Assembly (NCBI RefSeq): GCF_964204865.1 | Contig: NW_027556749.1 | Span: 124,001 to 187,270 of the forward strand | DNA length: 63,270 nt | Origin: Styela clava | Lineage: Eukaryota | Direction: 5' to 3' | Shown: piece after piece, positions 14,016 through 24,569 of the stretch | Numbering within the stretch: the first letter of the stretch is position 1 | How the letters are laid out: the number at the start of each line of letters is the position of its first letter | Translations under genes and position numbers: made by a program | The notes under the pieces: model-generated | The model's input: the letters and a program-made list of their open reading frames with translations, nothing else | Database searches by the model: none | What the model was told of the DNA's origin: nothing

Positions 14016-14624
14016 TTATTTGTTGCTCAAGTCATCATCAATAATAATACCAGTTTGGGGATCTACTCTACGAGTAGCTTGTCTTATATATTCATTAACG
14101 GGTTGGTTTAAATTTGTCACATTAGGCACATTAGGTGTCTTTTGTGTCATGTCCCCATTATAATTAGTAGTTGGGAGCGGTTCAGCCTTTTGAACAAATA
14201 AAGAACTTAATTCGGTTTTTAAAACTTTAAACTCGTTAATCAAATCTTTGTCTTCTAACTGAGCAGATTTATTGCCTAATAAGGTCAAAACATGTTTCAT
14301 TTTAGATTCATCGCCACCTTCTTTCTTAAATAATTCCTTAATGTGGTTATGTCTTAATGATGTTTGAGCTTGTATGAACTTCCCTTCAAGATCCTTATGA
14401 GCGAGCTCTCTATTTTTCAAATTTTCGCCAAGAGTGTTTTTGATTTTCTCTAAGTTTGAAATTTGGTCGACAGCTTTTTCATATTGTTTCTTCAAAGTAT
14501 CATACTTTTTTTCTCACATATTAAACTCAGCTACACTTACTTTAGTGTCTTTGTCTGTACTTGTGCTTTTCTCAGTATTTTGCACTTCTTGTGTTTCCAC
14601 AGTTTCTTTTATGTTATTTTCCAT
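14016..14624 (-). CDS. Capsid scaffolding protein (202 aa)
   Basis: AGGAG RBS; charged coiled coil with a Pro/Asn-rich tail; immediately upstream of the capsid gene. Confidence 0.75.
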
Positions 14625-14709
14625 AAATTTCTCCTATTATATAATAAGAAGGGATCTTAAAGTTGATGACGATAAGGAGGTACTAGTCGAAATAAACTTT
14701 ATACCCCTT

Positions 14710-14758
14710 CATATATATATATGTACAAAAACACTAAAAAAGATTTAATTATTTTTAA
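14710..14758 (-). promoter_or_regulatory. 49-bp putative late promoter (identical to 27295..27343)
   Basis: Exact reverse complement of 27295..27343; lies 85 bp upstream of the scaffold ATG. Confidence 0.7.
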
Positions 14759-14852
14759 TTATTTTGAATTATTTTTAAAAACATCGAGTTTTACGTCTGA
14801 GAGCGCGAGAATAAAAAATCTTACTATAAGTTGAGGCTGTGACAAATTGAGT

Positions 14853-15008
14853 TACCCTAGGACCCTAAAAAAAGCTTGGGATATCCTCGGGCTTGACTTT
14901 CTCGCGTTCTTGTGATATAATAAAAGGGGGTACCCTAGGACCCTAAAAAAAGCTTGGGATATCCTCGGGCTTGACTTTCTCGCGTTCTTGTGATATAATA
15001 AAAGGGGG
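14853..15008 (+). repeat. Tandem duplication of a 78-bp unit, each containing a sigma70 promoter
   Basis: Units start at 14853 and 14931; TTGACT-17bp-TATAAT at 14893..14921 and 14971..14999. The second genome copy has a single unit. Confidence 0.92.
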
Positions 15009-15051
15009 TACCTTTTCACGTTCTCGATCGTTGAGATAAAAAAAAAAGTAC

Positions 15052-15080
15052 TTGACAAAATAAAAATTTTAATATATAAT
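15052..15080 (+). promoter_or_regulatory. Consensus sigma70 promoter
   Basis: TTGACA-17bp-TATAAT exact match. Confidence 0.8.
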
Positions 15081-15258
15081 AAACGGGGAGCCTTTCGCCG
15101 GCACAATTCGCACGATTGAACACGTTAAAAATGGGCTTGCTTTTTCTTCTTTTAATACTAAACCACGTTTAAACTCGTTTAGGCCCTCAAATGGCAATTA
15201 TTTGAATATTTCAGCGCTACGACTGACACAATCCGCAAGCTTTCAGATTTCAACAGGC

Positions 15259-15291
15259 AAAAAAAAGACCGGGAACATCTAAGCCCCGGCC
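15259..15291 (-). terminator. Intrinsic terminator after the 102-aa gene
   Basis: GGCCGGG...CCCGGTC stem followed by T8 on the minus strand. Confidence 0.75.
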
Positions 15292-15316
15292 CTAAATAAT
15301 ATTTATTTATTTATTA

Positions 15317-15625
15317 TTATTTATTATTTGCACCCTCCTTTTTCATCTTTGCCAAAATCAACCGGATTTTTAAAAATTCAATTTCTTTTTTGGCCTGTAA
15401 TTCTTTCGCCTCAAAATAATTTAAAAATTTTTTTATAATTTCGATTAAGTCGACCGGCTCCATTTCGAAGCTTGCCAAATTGTTTAAATTATTTATAATT
15501 AAATTATTTATAATTTTTTTGGCGTTGTCTGTTTCAAATGTAATTTTTTCGAGATTTTCGAAATCGTTTTTGTTGTCAAGTGTCGAGAAAATGGCCAATA
15601 ATTTATTTTTTTGCTTTATTTCCAT
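15317..15625 (-). CDS. Hypothetical protein (102 aa)
   Basis: AGGAGG RBS; TAATG overlap with the upstream gene. Confidence 0.75.
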   Translation of the reverse strand: MEIKQKNKLLAIFSTLDNKNDFENLEKITFETDNAKKIINNLIINNLNNLASFEMEPVDLIEIIKKFLNYFEAKELQAKKEIEFLKIRLILAKMKKEGANNK

Positions 15626-16314
15626 TATTCTGCACCTCCTTCGTCACGTTCGAAATCTTCAAGCATTCGTGCCAAGTTGATTTTATCCGCTAAATCGTTT
15701 TGCGTCTCGTCGTCCTGCGTCTTGTTCTCTTCAGATGTTGCGAGGTCGTGGGATTCTTCGCGTATACTTTGCGCGGTAATTCCGCAACTTCTCAAAATTA
15801 AATCTTTTCACGTCGCGAAATCTTCAGGCTTCAAGTCTTCGGCTTGAGTGTATCCATTTAACGCGTTCCAAATCTCCCCATCTTCTACCTCGTCGCTGTC
15901 GGTGAACAGGTCGCGCGCTCTATCCTCCACATCTTCGGTGCAGTAATGTGCCCAATTTAATTTATCATTTAAACCAGTAAAGGAGTTACAAAATTTAATT
16001 TGTTCTTTTTTCTCTTCTTCTGCTTCTTTTGCTTCCTCTTCTTCTTCGGCCTCTCTTTCGTCTTCGTCGTTGTTATTTGGTCAAATAATCACGTATTGCG
16101 CCAATTCTACACGGTCCGCGTCGCAGTCTTCACGTGCTCCGCTTGTGCATTGGTGGCGGTTATAATTAATTTTTTTTAATAATCGGTTTTTTTCGTCCTT
16201 TATGTCTTGATTATCGAAACAGTCCGCCAAAAAATTATCGATTTTTTTTTTGCTTAAATCCGTACATTTTACGACTTCAAAGCGTCCAAGTCTATTTTTT
16301 TTTGTGTGTGTCAT
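15625..16314 (-). CDS. Highly acidic hypothetical protein (229 aa)
   Basis: GAGGAGG RBS; open in code 4; D/E-rich C-terminal two thirds. Confidence 0.8.
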
Positions 16315-16583
16315 TGTGGCACCTCCTCAATATTATAATAATAATTAAATATATATTAATTAATTAATGCATTTATCTTTTACGTTTCAATTTAATTATA
16401 TATTATTATTTTTTTTTTTGTTATTTTTTTTTTTACTTATTTTTTTTTTAAAATTTTTGCATTATACCACAAACGACAAAAAAGGGGTAAAGTGTTAAAA
16501 TAATATTATAGAAATTAAAAAATTGATTTTTGAAAATTTAAAATAAAAATTAAATAAAAAATTGCCAAAAGCTCGCCCAATTA

Positions 16584-16612
16584 ATTTTAACATAGTTTTT
16601 TTTTTTTGTCAA
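16584..16612 (-). promoter_or_regulatory. sigma70 promoter for the leftward two-gene operon
   Basis: TTGACA-17bp-TAAAAT with a TG extension on the minus strand. Confidence 0.65.
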
Positions 16613-16792
16613 GTTTTTTTTTAAAAATTTTGAAATTTATTTTTAGACGAAATAAAAAATTTGAAAGAGAAAAAAATTTTTTTATTATTCTCTATGTAAG
16701 GACTTATTTTTTTGAAAAGCTTGATTATCTTACTGACAGAAAAAAAGGTGATTTTTGCATATGGGACCGTGGGTTAGACTGGAAGAGGTGAA

Positions 16793-17050
16793 TTTTTTTG
16801 AGCTAAAACTTTTACAACTTTTCCGGGCTGAAAAACACGAGTTTTACCTGTCGTAGAACCAATACAGAAAAAAAGTAAAATATTTGCAAACTCTTATGAA
16901 AAACAAAAAATATTATACTATTATTACTTATTTATTTTTTTTTTTAAGCAGTAGTAGAGATAAATTTACTTTTTTAACGAAATGGCTTAAACACTGGGTA
17001 AAGTAGACTTTTCGAGGCCGGAAAAGTTATAGAAATTTTGACTAAAAAAA
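16793..17050. repeat. Imperfect ~42-bp inverted repeat
   Basis: 16793..16834 is complementary to 17009..17050 (core AACTTTTCCGG/CCGGAAAAGTT). Confidence 0.65.
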
Positions 17051-17175
17051 ATTGAGCTAATTTTTAGTAAGATTTAGAACACTCAGTAAGATTTTGACGA
17101 CTCGCAGGCGTAGAACGACAAAAACACACTGGCGAAATTTGGAATTTTTTGGAGGTCACAGTAAGGTATCGAATA

Positions 17176-17317
17176 TGATATAATAATAATAGAGAAAAGG
17201 AAATAAAAGAATGGAATTACATACATTAAAGAATTGTAAAGCAAAAGAACAAAATGCTATTTGCTTATATTGTTTTGTTAAAAAAAATAGAAAGACAAAA
17301 TAAAAGTATGATATAAT
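17176..17317 (+). promoter_or_regulatory. Two extended -10 early promoters
   Basis: TGATATAAT at 17176 and 17309; the same motif recurs at 18786, 18811, 22196 and 22506. Confidence 0.6.
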
Positions 17318-17345
17318 AAATATAATAGAAAAGGAGAAAAGAAAA

Positions 17346-17729
17346 ATGGAAATAGAAAAATACCACAAATTATTAGATGAAAGAAAAGAAAAGATTGGTA
17401 AAATATTTGAAAAGATTGGTAAAGAAGCAAATAAGTTCAATGATAAAGTAGAATTTACAGGAATTACAATTAACGATTCAAGTGTGTCAAATTCAACATA
17501 TTACACATTTAATTATCAAAATAAAGAAGACGATTGTTTGGAATTGAATTTTAAAGTTAAAGTTTCAGATCATGACAAGCATTTCGGAAATGAATTTAAA
17601 TTTATTTTTGAAAAATTTACAAGTGAAGAAGAAAATGAATATTGATTTGAAACATTCGATTTTAATTATTGAAATGATAAAAATTTAATTGCTTGTTTAA
17701 AAGAATTTTTGGAAGAAGAATATTATTAA
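17346..17729 (+). CDS. Hypothetical early protein (127 aa)
   Basis: AAGGAG RBS; code-4 frame. Confidence 0.75.
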
Positions 17730-17747
17730 AAAAAAAGGAGAAAAATT

Positions 17748-17960
17748 ATGAAAACAGAAACAAAAAACAAAATGTGAGGAAATGATTATCTTTTCTTAGA
17801 ATGTTCAATTTGAATTAAAGACGAACATTTAAAAGATATTGATTTTACAAAAGAAATTGGACCAAATGACGACGATAATAATGATGCTTATGATGATTAT
17901 GATATCGACGCTGATGAATATTACCACGACGACAACAATTGACCGCGTGAAGATTTTTAA
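17748..17960 (+). CDS. Small acidic protein (70 aa)
   Basis: AAGGAG RBS; Asp-rich C-terminal half. Confidence 0.7.
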
Positions 17961-17977
17961 ATAAAGGAGAAAAAATT

Positions 17978-18427
17978 ATGATTACTACACAAAAAGAAAC
18001 AGCAAGACAACGTTTTAATGCTATTTTGAATAAAATTGACAATTCAGAATATATATATGACATAGATGAAGAAGTTAATTATCTTGATGATATGGGGGCG
18101 GGATCACAATTTTATTTTAGAAAGAATTTAAATAAATTGTTTAAAGAATTAAATTATAAAGATATGGAAGAAACTTATTTTAAAATAATGAGCAAAAACA
18201 AAGATTGAGCGCAAATTAAATTATATTTAGATGATGACGTAAATTTACAAGATGAAAAGATTTTTGACAATTTCAAGAAACAAACATACGATTTTTTTAA
18301 ACACATCCAACGAATGATTGACGAAATTTTGAAAGATGATTTGATAAAGTTTAAAGCATATTGTGCGAAAGATATGGAGCGAAGTTTACCCATTATTAAA
18401 GGATATTTAAAAAATAATTGAGTATAA
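17978..18427 (+). CDS. Hypothetical protein (149 aa)
   Basis: AAGGAG RBS; code-4 frame. Confidence 0.75.
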
Positions 18428-18439
18428 AAGGAGAAAATT

Positions 18440-18781
18440 ATGAAAAAAAATACAATTGATTTAATTTTTAAGTTAGTAGGGATTATTAGCGAAGAAAAAG
18501 GTAAAGGGAAAGGTGAAAAAATTTTGGCGAAAAATATTTTGAAACATTTTGAAAGCGATATTAGTGTTAAATGTTTTAATGATCGTTGAAATTCGTTTAA
18601 AGATCGGCGTCGGGAAATTTTAGAAGTAAATTTGAAACAATTTAAATTATCTACATTAATATTGATTAAACATAGTTTAATTGGTGAAACTAAAAACAGT
18701 TGTAAGATCCAAAAAAACAAAGATATAGTTGTTTATTATAATAAATTGTTTTACAAAGGTTGTGATGCCAACCTGGGTTAG
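18440..18781 (+). CDS. Hypothetical basic protein (113 aa)
   Basis: AAGGAG RBS; code-4 frame. Confidence 0.7.
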
Positions 18782-18850
18782 GATATGATATAATAAAATA
18801 AAGTTGAATATGATATAATAAAAATAGAAGAAAACAAAGGAGAAAAAAAA

Positions 18851-19243
18851 ATGAATAATTGAAGATTAAAGATTATTAAAGAGTTTAAAGAATATTTGGA
18901 AGCTAAAGAAGCTAACCGATTAACACCTGAAGAGAAAACAATTGCTTCAGATTTTTTAAACATAATGGGAAGTTTTAGCCGTTCAACCGACTTTGACAAT
19001 TTCGAATTTAAAGGACGCGACGGGTTAAATTATTACGAAGAAATGGCGTTTGCACACTTTAGAAATTGAGAAAATGACAAAATTAATTTTAAAAAAATAA
19101 CATTTAAAACAAATAAACATTTTTTAGATTGAATTTTAAGTATCAATAAATTTAAGTTGAGTCGACTAAAAACAACAATTTCGAGACTTGAAGAAATGAA
19201 AAAAAAAGAGGTTTATCGTGATAAAAAAGGAGGTAAAAAATAA
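18851..19243 (+). CDS. Hypothetical protein (130 aa)
   Basis: AAGGAG RBS; preceded by two TGATATAAT motifs. Confidence 0.7.
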
Positions 19244-19244
19244 T

Positions 19245-19538
19245 ATGAAAAATAAATTAGAATATGAAAGTTATTTATCAAACGCAAAATCTTTAATAAG
19301 AAATGATAAATTAAGCGTTAAAGATTTGGAAAAATCATTCAAAGTTGTAAGTAATAATATACTAAAATTAAAAAGTGAAATTTTAAAAAATGTAGTAAAA
19401 GGCGAAAGCGTTTGAGTTGATAATCATAATAAAGAAAACTATGAAAGTATATTAAAAGCTATCGAGTACTGCCTTTACAATTATAATTTAATTAAAGAAG
19501 GAGAAGATAAAGAATATGATGAACAAGAAACTAGTTAA
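19245..19538 (+). CDS. Paralog-family small protein (97 aa)
   Basis: AGGAGGT RBS; C-terminal KAIEYCLYNYNLIK motif. Confidence 0.75.
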
Positions 19539-19725
19539 TTTTTTAGCAATAGTTGTTACAATGATATATTGCTCACATTTGATTTGCTCAGTTGTAGTAC
19601 TAACAACAATTGAGACTTTACCAAGTTGATTAGCTTTATTACCACTGTTAAATCCAACACTAGCTTTAGCAGTTTTTTCATTTTTTGATAAAATTGGATG
19701 ATTAGGAGGAGAAAATAATGAATAA
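19516..19725 (+). CDS. Small membrane protein (69 aa)
   Basis: AAGGAG RBS; two hydrophobic segments. Confidence 0.6.
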
Positions 19726-20023
19726 ATTAAAATTTTTTCTAAAAAACATAGTTGATTTTTTACTTATATTTATGGTTGTAGCGTCAATATTATTTATATT
19801 AGCATCAAATTATATTACTTATTTTGGGTGACTTAATAATATTGGTGTGTTGAAAGTTAAGAAACTTATTACAATCTATATATTATTAATTATAATATTA
19901 AGTATTGGAACACCAATTGTTTTATATTTTAGTGTAGAGTCAATTAACATACAATATAAAATTATAAAATATTTGTGAAAATTTAAAAAGGAGAAAAATA
20001 ATAATGACAAAAGAACAAATTAA
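19718..20023 (+). CDS. Small membrane protein (101 aa)
   Basis: AGGAGGAG RBS; two hydrophobic segments. Confidence 0.6.
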
Positions 20024-20333
20024 AGAAATAAAAAAAGATGTCGATAATTTAAAACATCTTGACGTTCCAAGAGCGATACGTCAAAATATGCCAGAAGAAT
20101 TGAAAGATATTTGACGTTGTGAAAAATTTGACGATTTGACAGATGAAGACATAAAAGAAATACATAATGCCGTTGTGACAACTGTAGACTCATGAATAGA
20201 ATTAACGCAAGAGGCCCAAAATTCTAGTGGAGGCTTCAGCTCAGACGTTAAGATGTTTACATCGTACCGCGAAGACTTAGAAGATTTTAACGAAAAGTGA
20301 GAAAATAAAGGAGAAGGAACACAATGAATATAG
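20004..20333 (+). CDS. Hypothetical protein (109 aa)
   Basis: AAGGAG RBS; code-4 frame. Confidence 0.7.
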
Positions 20334-20767
20334 ATTTAAAAGATACAATTGAAACTTTAATTAATAATACTATCGAAAAAAATTTTGGAAAAGACAGAGC
20401 TTTAGAAAAGGGTATTAGAGAAAACGAAGCAGGAGTTGTTGATTTCTGAAATTGTTTTGGTCGAACAGCATTACATGTAATAGTTCACGAAGAAAAAAGC
20501 GGAAGGTTACATATACGAATTCCAGATACGGGAGACAAATTGACGCAATGTATTTTTATTAAACAAAATAAAAAAGGTTGAAAAAAATTAGAAGATCATA
20601 TTATGTTATCACTGAATTATCAAAGAAAAAAATTAAAAGAACACATTGAAGAAACTCATAAAAAGATAGCGCGTTTACATGAATTAGACAACCAACGAAG
20701 AAAAGATATTGAGGCGTTTTATAAAAAATGGTTTGTACTTGAGGAGAAAACAATACATGATGAATAA
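20324..20767 (+). CDS. Hypothetical protein (147 aa)
   Basis: RBS present; code-4 frame. Confidence 0.7.
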
Positions 20768-21665
20768 ATTAGATAAATATTATACAAAACAAAAAATAGC
20801 TAATAAGTTAACAACATATATATATGCGGTTTTAAAATATTATAAAATTGATTATAACAATTTAACATGAATTGAACCTAGCGCCGGCGAAGGAGTGTTT
20901 GTTGACGCTTTAGAACAAGTATTAGACATAAAACCTAAAATTCTGTGCTATGATATTGATGAAGATTTAAAGAACAAAAGAGTCATTAAACAAGACTTTT
21001 TAAAGGTTAATCTAAAGCATTCGGCGAAAAATATAATTTTTGGAAATCCACCATTTGGTCGATCTGGACAGTTAGCAATTGACTTTATCAATAAGGCTTC
21101 AAAAATTGCTGATATTGTTTGTTTTATAGTACCTAATACTTTGCGACGATATTCAACTCAAAAAAAATTAAATAACGACCTAAAATTGATTGTAGAATTA
21201 ACTGTTGATCAAAATGCTTTCGAGTATAAAAACAAAACAAAAAATTTCAATTGCTCATTTCAAATTTGAGTCAATAAAAATCGAGAAGAATTTAAAGACG
21301 GAAAAAATTTGAGATTATTAGAAAAACAACCGTTTCGAGTTCCTTCTGTAAAGACGTTTATTTACAATAACACAAAAAAGACTGTCAAATTTTTTGATAA
21401 GGCTAAATACAAGTGGGACGTGGGTATACCTCGACAAGGTTTTTGCGACTACTCAAAATTAATTACAGATCAAAAAGAGTTAAAGACAACTCAACAGTAT
21501 ATGTTTATTAAATATAATGATGAGTTAGCAAAAAAAGTTGTTGAGTTAATAGATTTTGAAGAACTGTCACATAGTAATACAATTGTACCAGGTTTTTCGA
21601 CAACAGATTTTATAAAAGAATATAATGAGATCAGGAAATTACAAGGAGGTCATAATTATGAATAA
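20757..21665 (+). CDS. N6-adenine DNA methyltransferase (302 aa), orphan
   Basis: DKYYT, motif I EPSAGEG and motif IV NPPF; the two track ORFs join across TGA (FQIW). Confidence 0.88.
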
Positions 21666-22203
21666 AACACCCATAATTTGCGTTTTTTTAGGTAATGATT
21701 CAAAAGAGTTATCAAATACTAGACATAATATTGGTTGACTTTTTTGCGATTTTATGGCTTTAATAACGGAAAATACATTTATTGAAAAAAAACATTATTA
21801 TTACTTTAAAGATTACATTTGTACTGGTATTAGTCCAGTTTATTTTATTAAATTGAAAACACTAATGAATGATTCAGGAAAGATTTTGAGAAAAATTTGT
21901 CAAAAACAAAAATGAAATTATGATCAATTAATTATTTTTGCCGATAATACGGATTTAAAACTAACAAAATTTAAAATAAAAAATCATATATGTAATAATG
22001 GTCATCGTGGAACACACGACATAGTTGAACAATTCAAAACTAATAAAATTAAAATGTTTTACTTAGGAATAGATAGACAGAAAAATTTAAAACAATGAGT
22101 GTTGTCTCAATTTGAGGATAAAGAAATTTTGTTTTTGAACAAATATATTTTTCCGAAACTTTGAAATAAATTTGAAGAAAGTTTAAAGTTGAATATGATA
22201 TAA
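21658..22203 (+). CDS. pth: Peptidyl-tRNA hydrolase (181 aa)
   Basis: LGN..TRHNIG, KTLMNDSG, DNTDL, GHRG, LGIDR and VLSQF in canonical Pth order and length. Confidence 0.88.
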
Positions 22204-22218
22204 TAAATATATATAGAA

Positions 22219-22542
22219 ATGAGAAACGAAATTAAAAAAAGTATATTGATATTTTTATTTATAGTAAATGTTATTTTTAGTATTATTTTGATTAAAAGTA
22301 ATTTAGAATTAAATAATGATAAGTCAAACTTAGAAACTAAATTAGTAGAATTAGATAATGAGAAGACAAAACTAAACGGAATTATTAGATCTCAAGAAGA
22401 TTTAAAAATAATTATTGGGAATCAAGAAGAAGAATTAGAAAGATTAAGAACACTTACTAGACTTCAAGAAACAAACCTAATTAAATTAGAAAACAAAAAT
22501 AAATGTGATATAATAAATATATGGAAAGTTATGAAAATTTAA
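22219..22542 (+). CDS. Membrane-anchored coiled-coil protein (107 aa)
   Basis: N-terminal hydrophobic helix followed by heptad repeats. Confidence 0.6.
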   Translation: MRNEIKKSILIFLFIVNVIFSIILIKSNLELNNDKSNLETKLVELDNEKTKLNGIIRSQEDLKIIIGNQEEELERLRTLTRLQETNLIKLENKNKCDIINIWKVMKI

Positions 22543-22575
22543 AAAACAAGAAGAAAAAAAGGAGAAAAAAGAATA

Positions 22576-22782
22576 ATGAAAACATATAAAATTTGAATGA
22601 AAGATAAAAAAGAGTTGGATAAATTGGAAAGTATACTATGAGATTTAAAAATTGAATATGATGCTAGAACTAGTATTGAAAGTACAATATTATCACCAAA
22701 AGGGGACAAAGACAATACTATTTGAGATAAAAAAGGTTTTTATGTAACAATTAAAACGTTTGAAAAAGGAGGAAAAGAATAA
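22576..22782 (+). CDS. Hypothetical protein (68 aa)
   Basis: AAGGAG RBS; code-4 frame. Confidence 0.65.
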
Positions 22783-23537
22783 TGAATAATTTTTCGGATG
22801 GAAATGGAAAATATAAAAAAATATCTAGTGACGAATTAAAACAATTAGAAAAAAAAATGGAAAATACACTTATTAGTGCTGTTGAAAAAATGAATTGCGG
22901 TGTGGTTTATTGTGATTGAATGAGATGGGATGAGTCACCACATGAACCTTTGAGAGGTCGTTTTGTCGTCACTATTGAGTCTATGGGTCATAGATTTGAC
23001 TTTGTAAACTTTAATATTCATATTTTAGAAAAAAAACCTAGACGATGATATCATTTAGAAGATAGTGATAATGACAAAATCGAAGTTTATTTAATACTTG
23101 AGGATTTTGAAAAATTAGATGATTATCTTGAAGAATTTAAAAAAACTATTAGAAAAGAAATGCGTTCAATTATACGAGCTAAAAATTGAAACCAATTGTA
23201 TAGTTATAATTTTGAAAATATTCGTATTAAAAAAGTTTGAGAAATTGGAAAAAAATATTTTGGTGATAATGATTTGACAAATACTTACCTCGAAGGTAAA
23301 GTTTCACGTCGCGCTTTCAACAAATATCGAAAAGCACTTATTAAAATAGTAAACACAAGACTTTCAAATTGAAAAAAAGGCGATGACCCTAAAATATTTA
23401 TTGGCGTATATGCTATTTTAGATTGAGAAAAAGAAAACGTTGAAAAAATAAAGACAATTAATAGAATTAGAAAAGAAATTGCTAATCAAAAATTTACGAA
23501 AAAAAGAGGATCGTATAAATATAAAGGAGAAGAATAA
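22782..23537 (+). CDS. Hypothetical protein (251 aa)
   Basis: AGGAGG RBS; TAATG coupling; code-4 frame. Confidence 0.7.
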
Positions 23538-24475
23538 TGACAAATAAAGAAAAAGGAAAAAAAATTAAAGAAATGACAGAAAAACAAAGAGAACGCGAAA
23601 GATGAAAATTATTTTTACGAAAATATATTTGATTATCAAATCATAAAGACATAAAATATCATAGTAATTTGACAAATCGAATTTTAAATTGTAAACATAT
23701 TAAAAAAGATGAAGACAAAAATAAAGTAATAGATGTTATAAATGGAGAACTTAAAATGTCTGATATCGAACATGATTTGTTTCTTTTATTAAGAGATGAA
23801 ATATTTTTTGATTTAATTAATGTTATTAGAGATAATAATAAAATTGAAGAAGATAAAACAAAAGAACGGAAAAGATTAGAAGTAGTAAAATTACTAAAAC
23901 GTTTTAAACAATATGAATGATCATGAATTACTATGAAAAACATGGAAGCTTTAGCAGAAGAAGTAAACAGACAAAATAATTATGATAAAGATAAATTAGT
24001 TACTTTAAATGACAGATTTTATGATAAAGATGTTCATGGTAGCGAAACATCAGATGATACTACTCTTTTTTATTTTTTAATTGGAAAAAAAGATGAAGAT
24101 TATAAATATGCGACAGATGTTTCAATTTGTGTTTATAGAGGAGGTGATATTAAAGTTAAATATCCCGACATCACAAACTTTACAGAATATGATGACGATG
24201 GACATAAAACTATGTATTGTAAAGTAGCAACTTATTTTGATATCCATAACGATTGAGATGATATTATTGATAAAATTAAAAAAACTATAACATATTTAGA
24301 AATAAGAGACAAAGAAGAAATTGAAGAAGCTGAAAAAAAAGAAGCTGATAAATGAAGAGCATTACGAAAAAAAGAGGAAAAGAAAGAGCTTGAAGCAAAA
24401 AGAAAAGAGATGGAAGCAAAAATATTAAAGGATATAGCAAAAAAAGCTAAGAAAAAAGCAAATGACAAAATGTAA
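23537..24475 (+). CDS. Hypothetical protein (312 aa)
   Basis: AAGGAG RBS; joins two track ORFs across TGA. Confidence 0.7.
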
Positions 24476-24569
24476 TTATTGTATTAAAGAACCTAAAGGC
24501 ACATACTGTTTAGAGTGTTTTTTAAAGAACGAAAAAGAGCGTAAAAAAAATGTTAAAAAAAGAAATTAA
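24462..24569 (+). CDS. Tiny CxxC-CxxC peptide (35 aa)
   Basis: CNYC...CLEC; bridges the gap between the neighbouring genes. Confidence 0.4.
   Translation: MTKCNYCIKEPKGTYCLECFLKNEKERKKNVKKRN

Noticed and set aside
14853-15008. CRISPR array
   Set aside because: Two abutting identical units with no spacers and no cas genes.
14434-18999. Antisense ORFs in the track (e.g. 14434..14748, 15611..15847, 17156..17440, 18175..18720)
   Set aside because: They lie opposite RBS-supported genes and show low-complexity, shadow-like composition.
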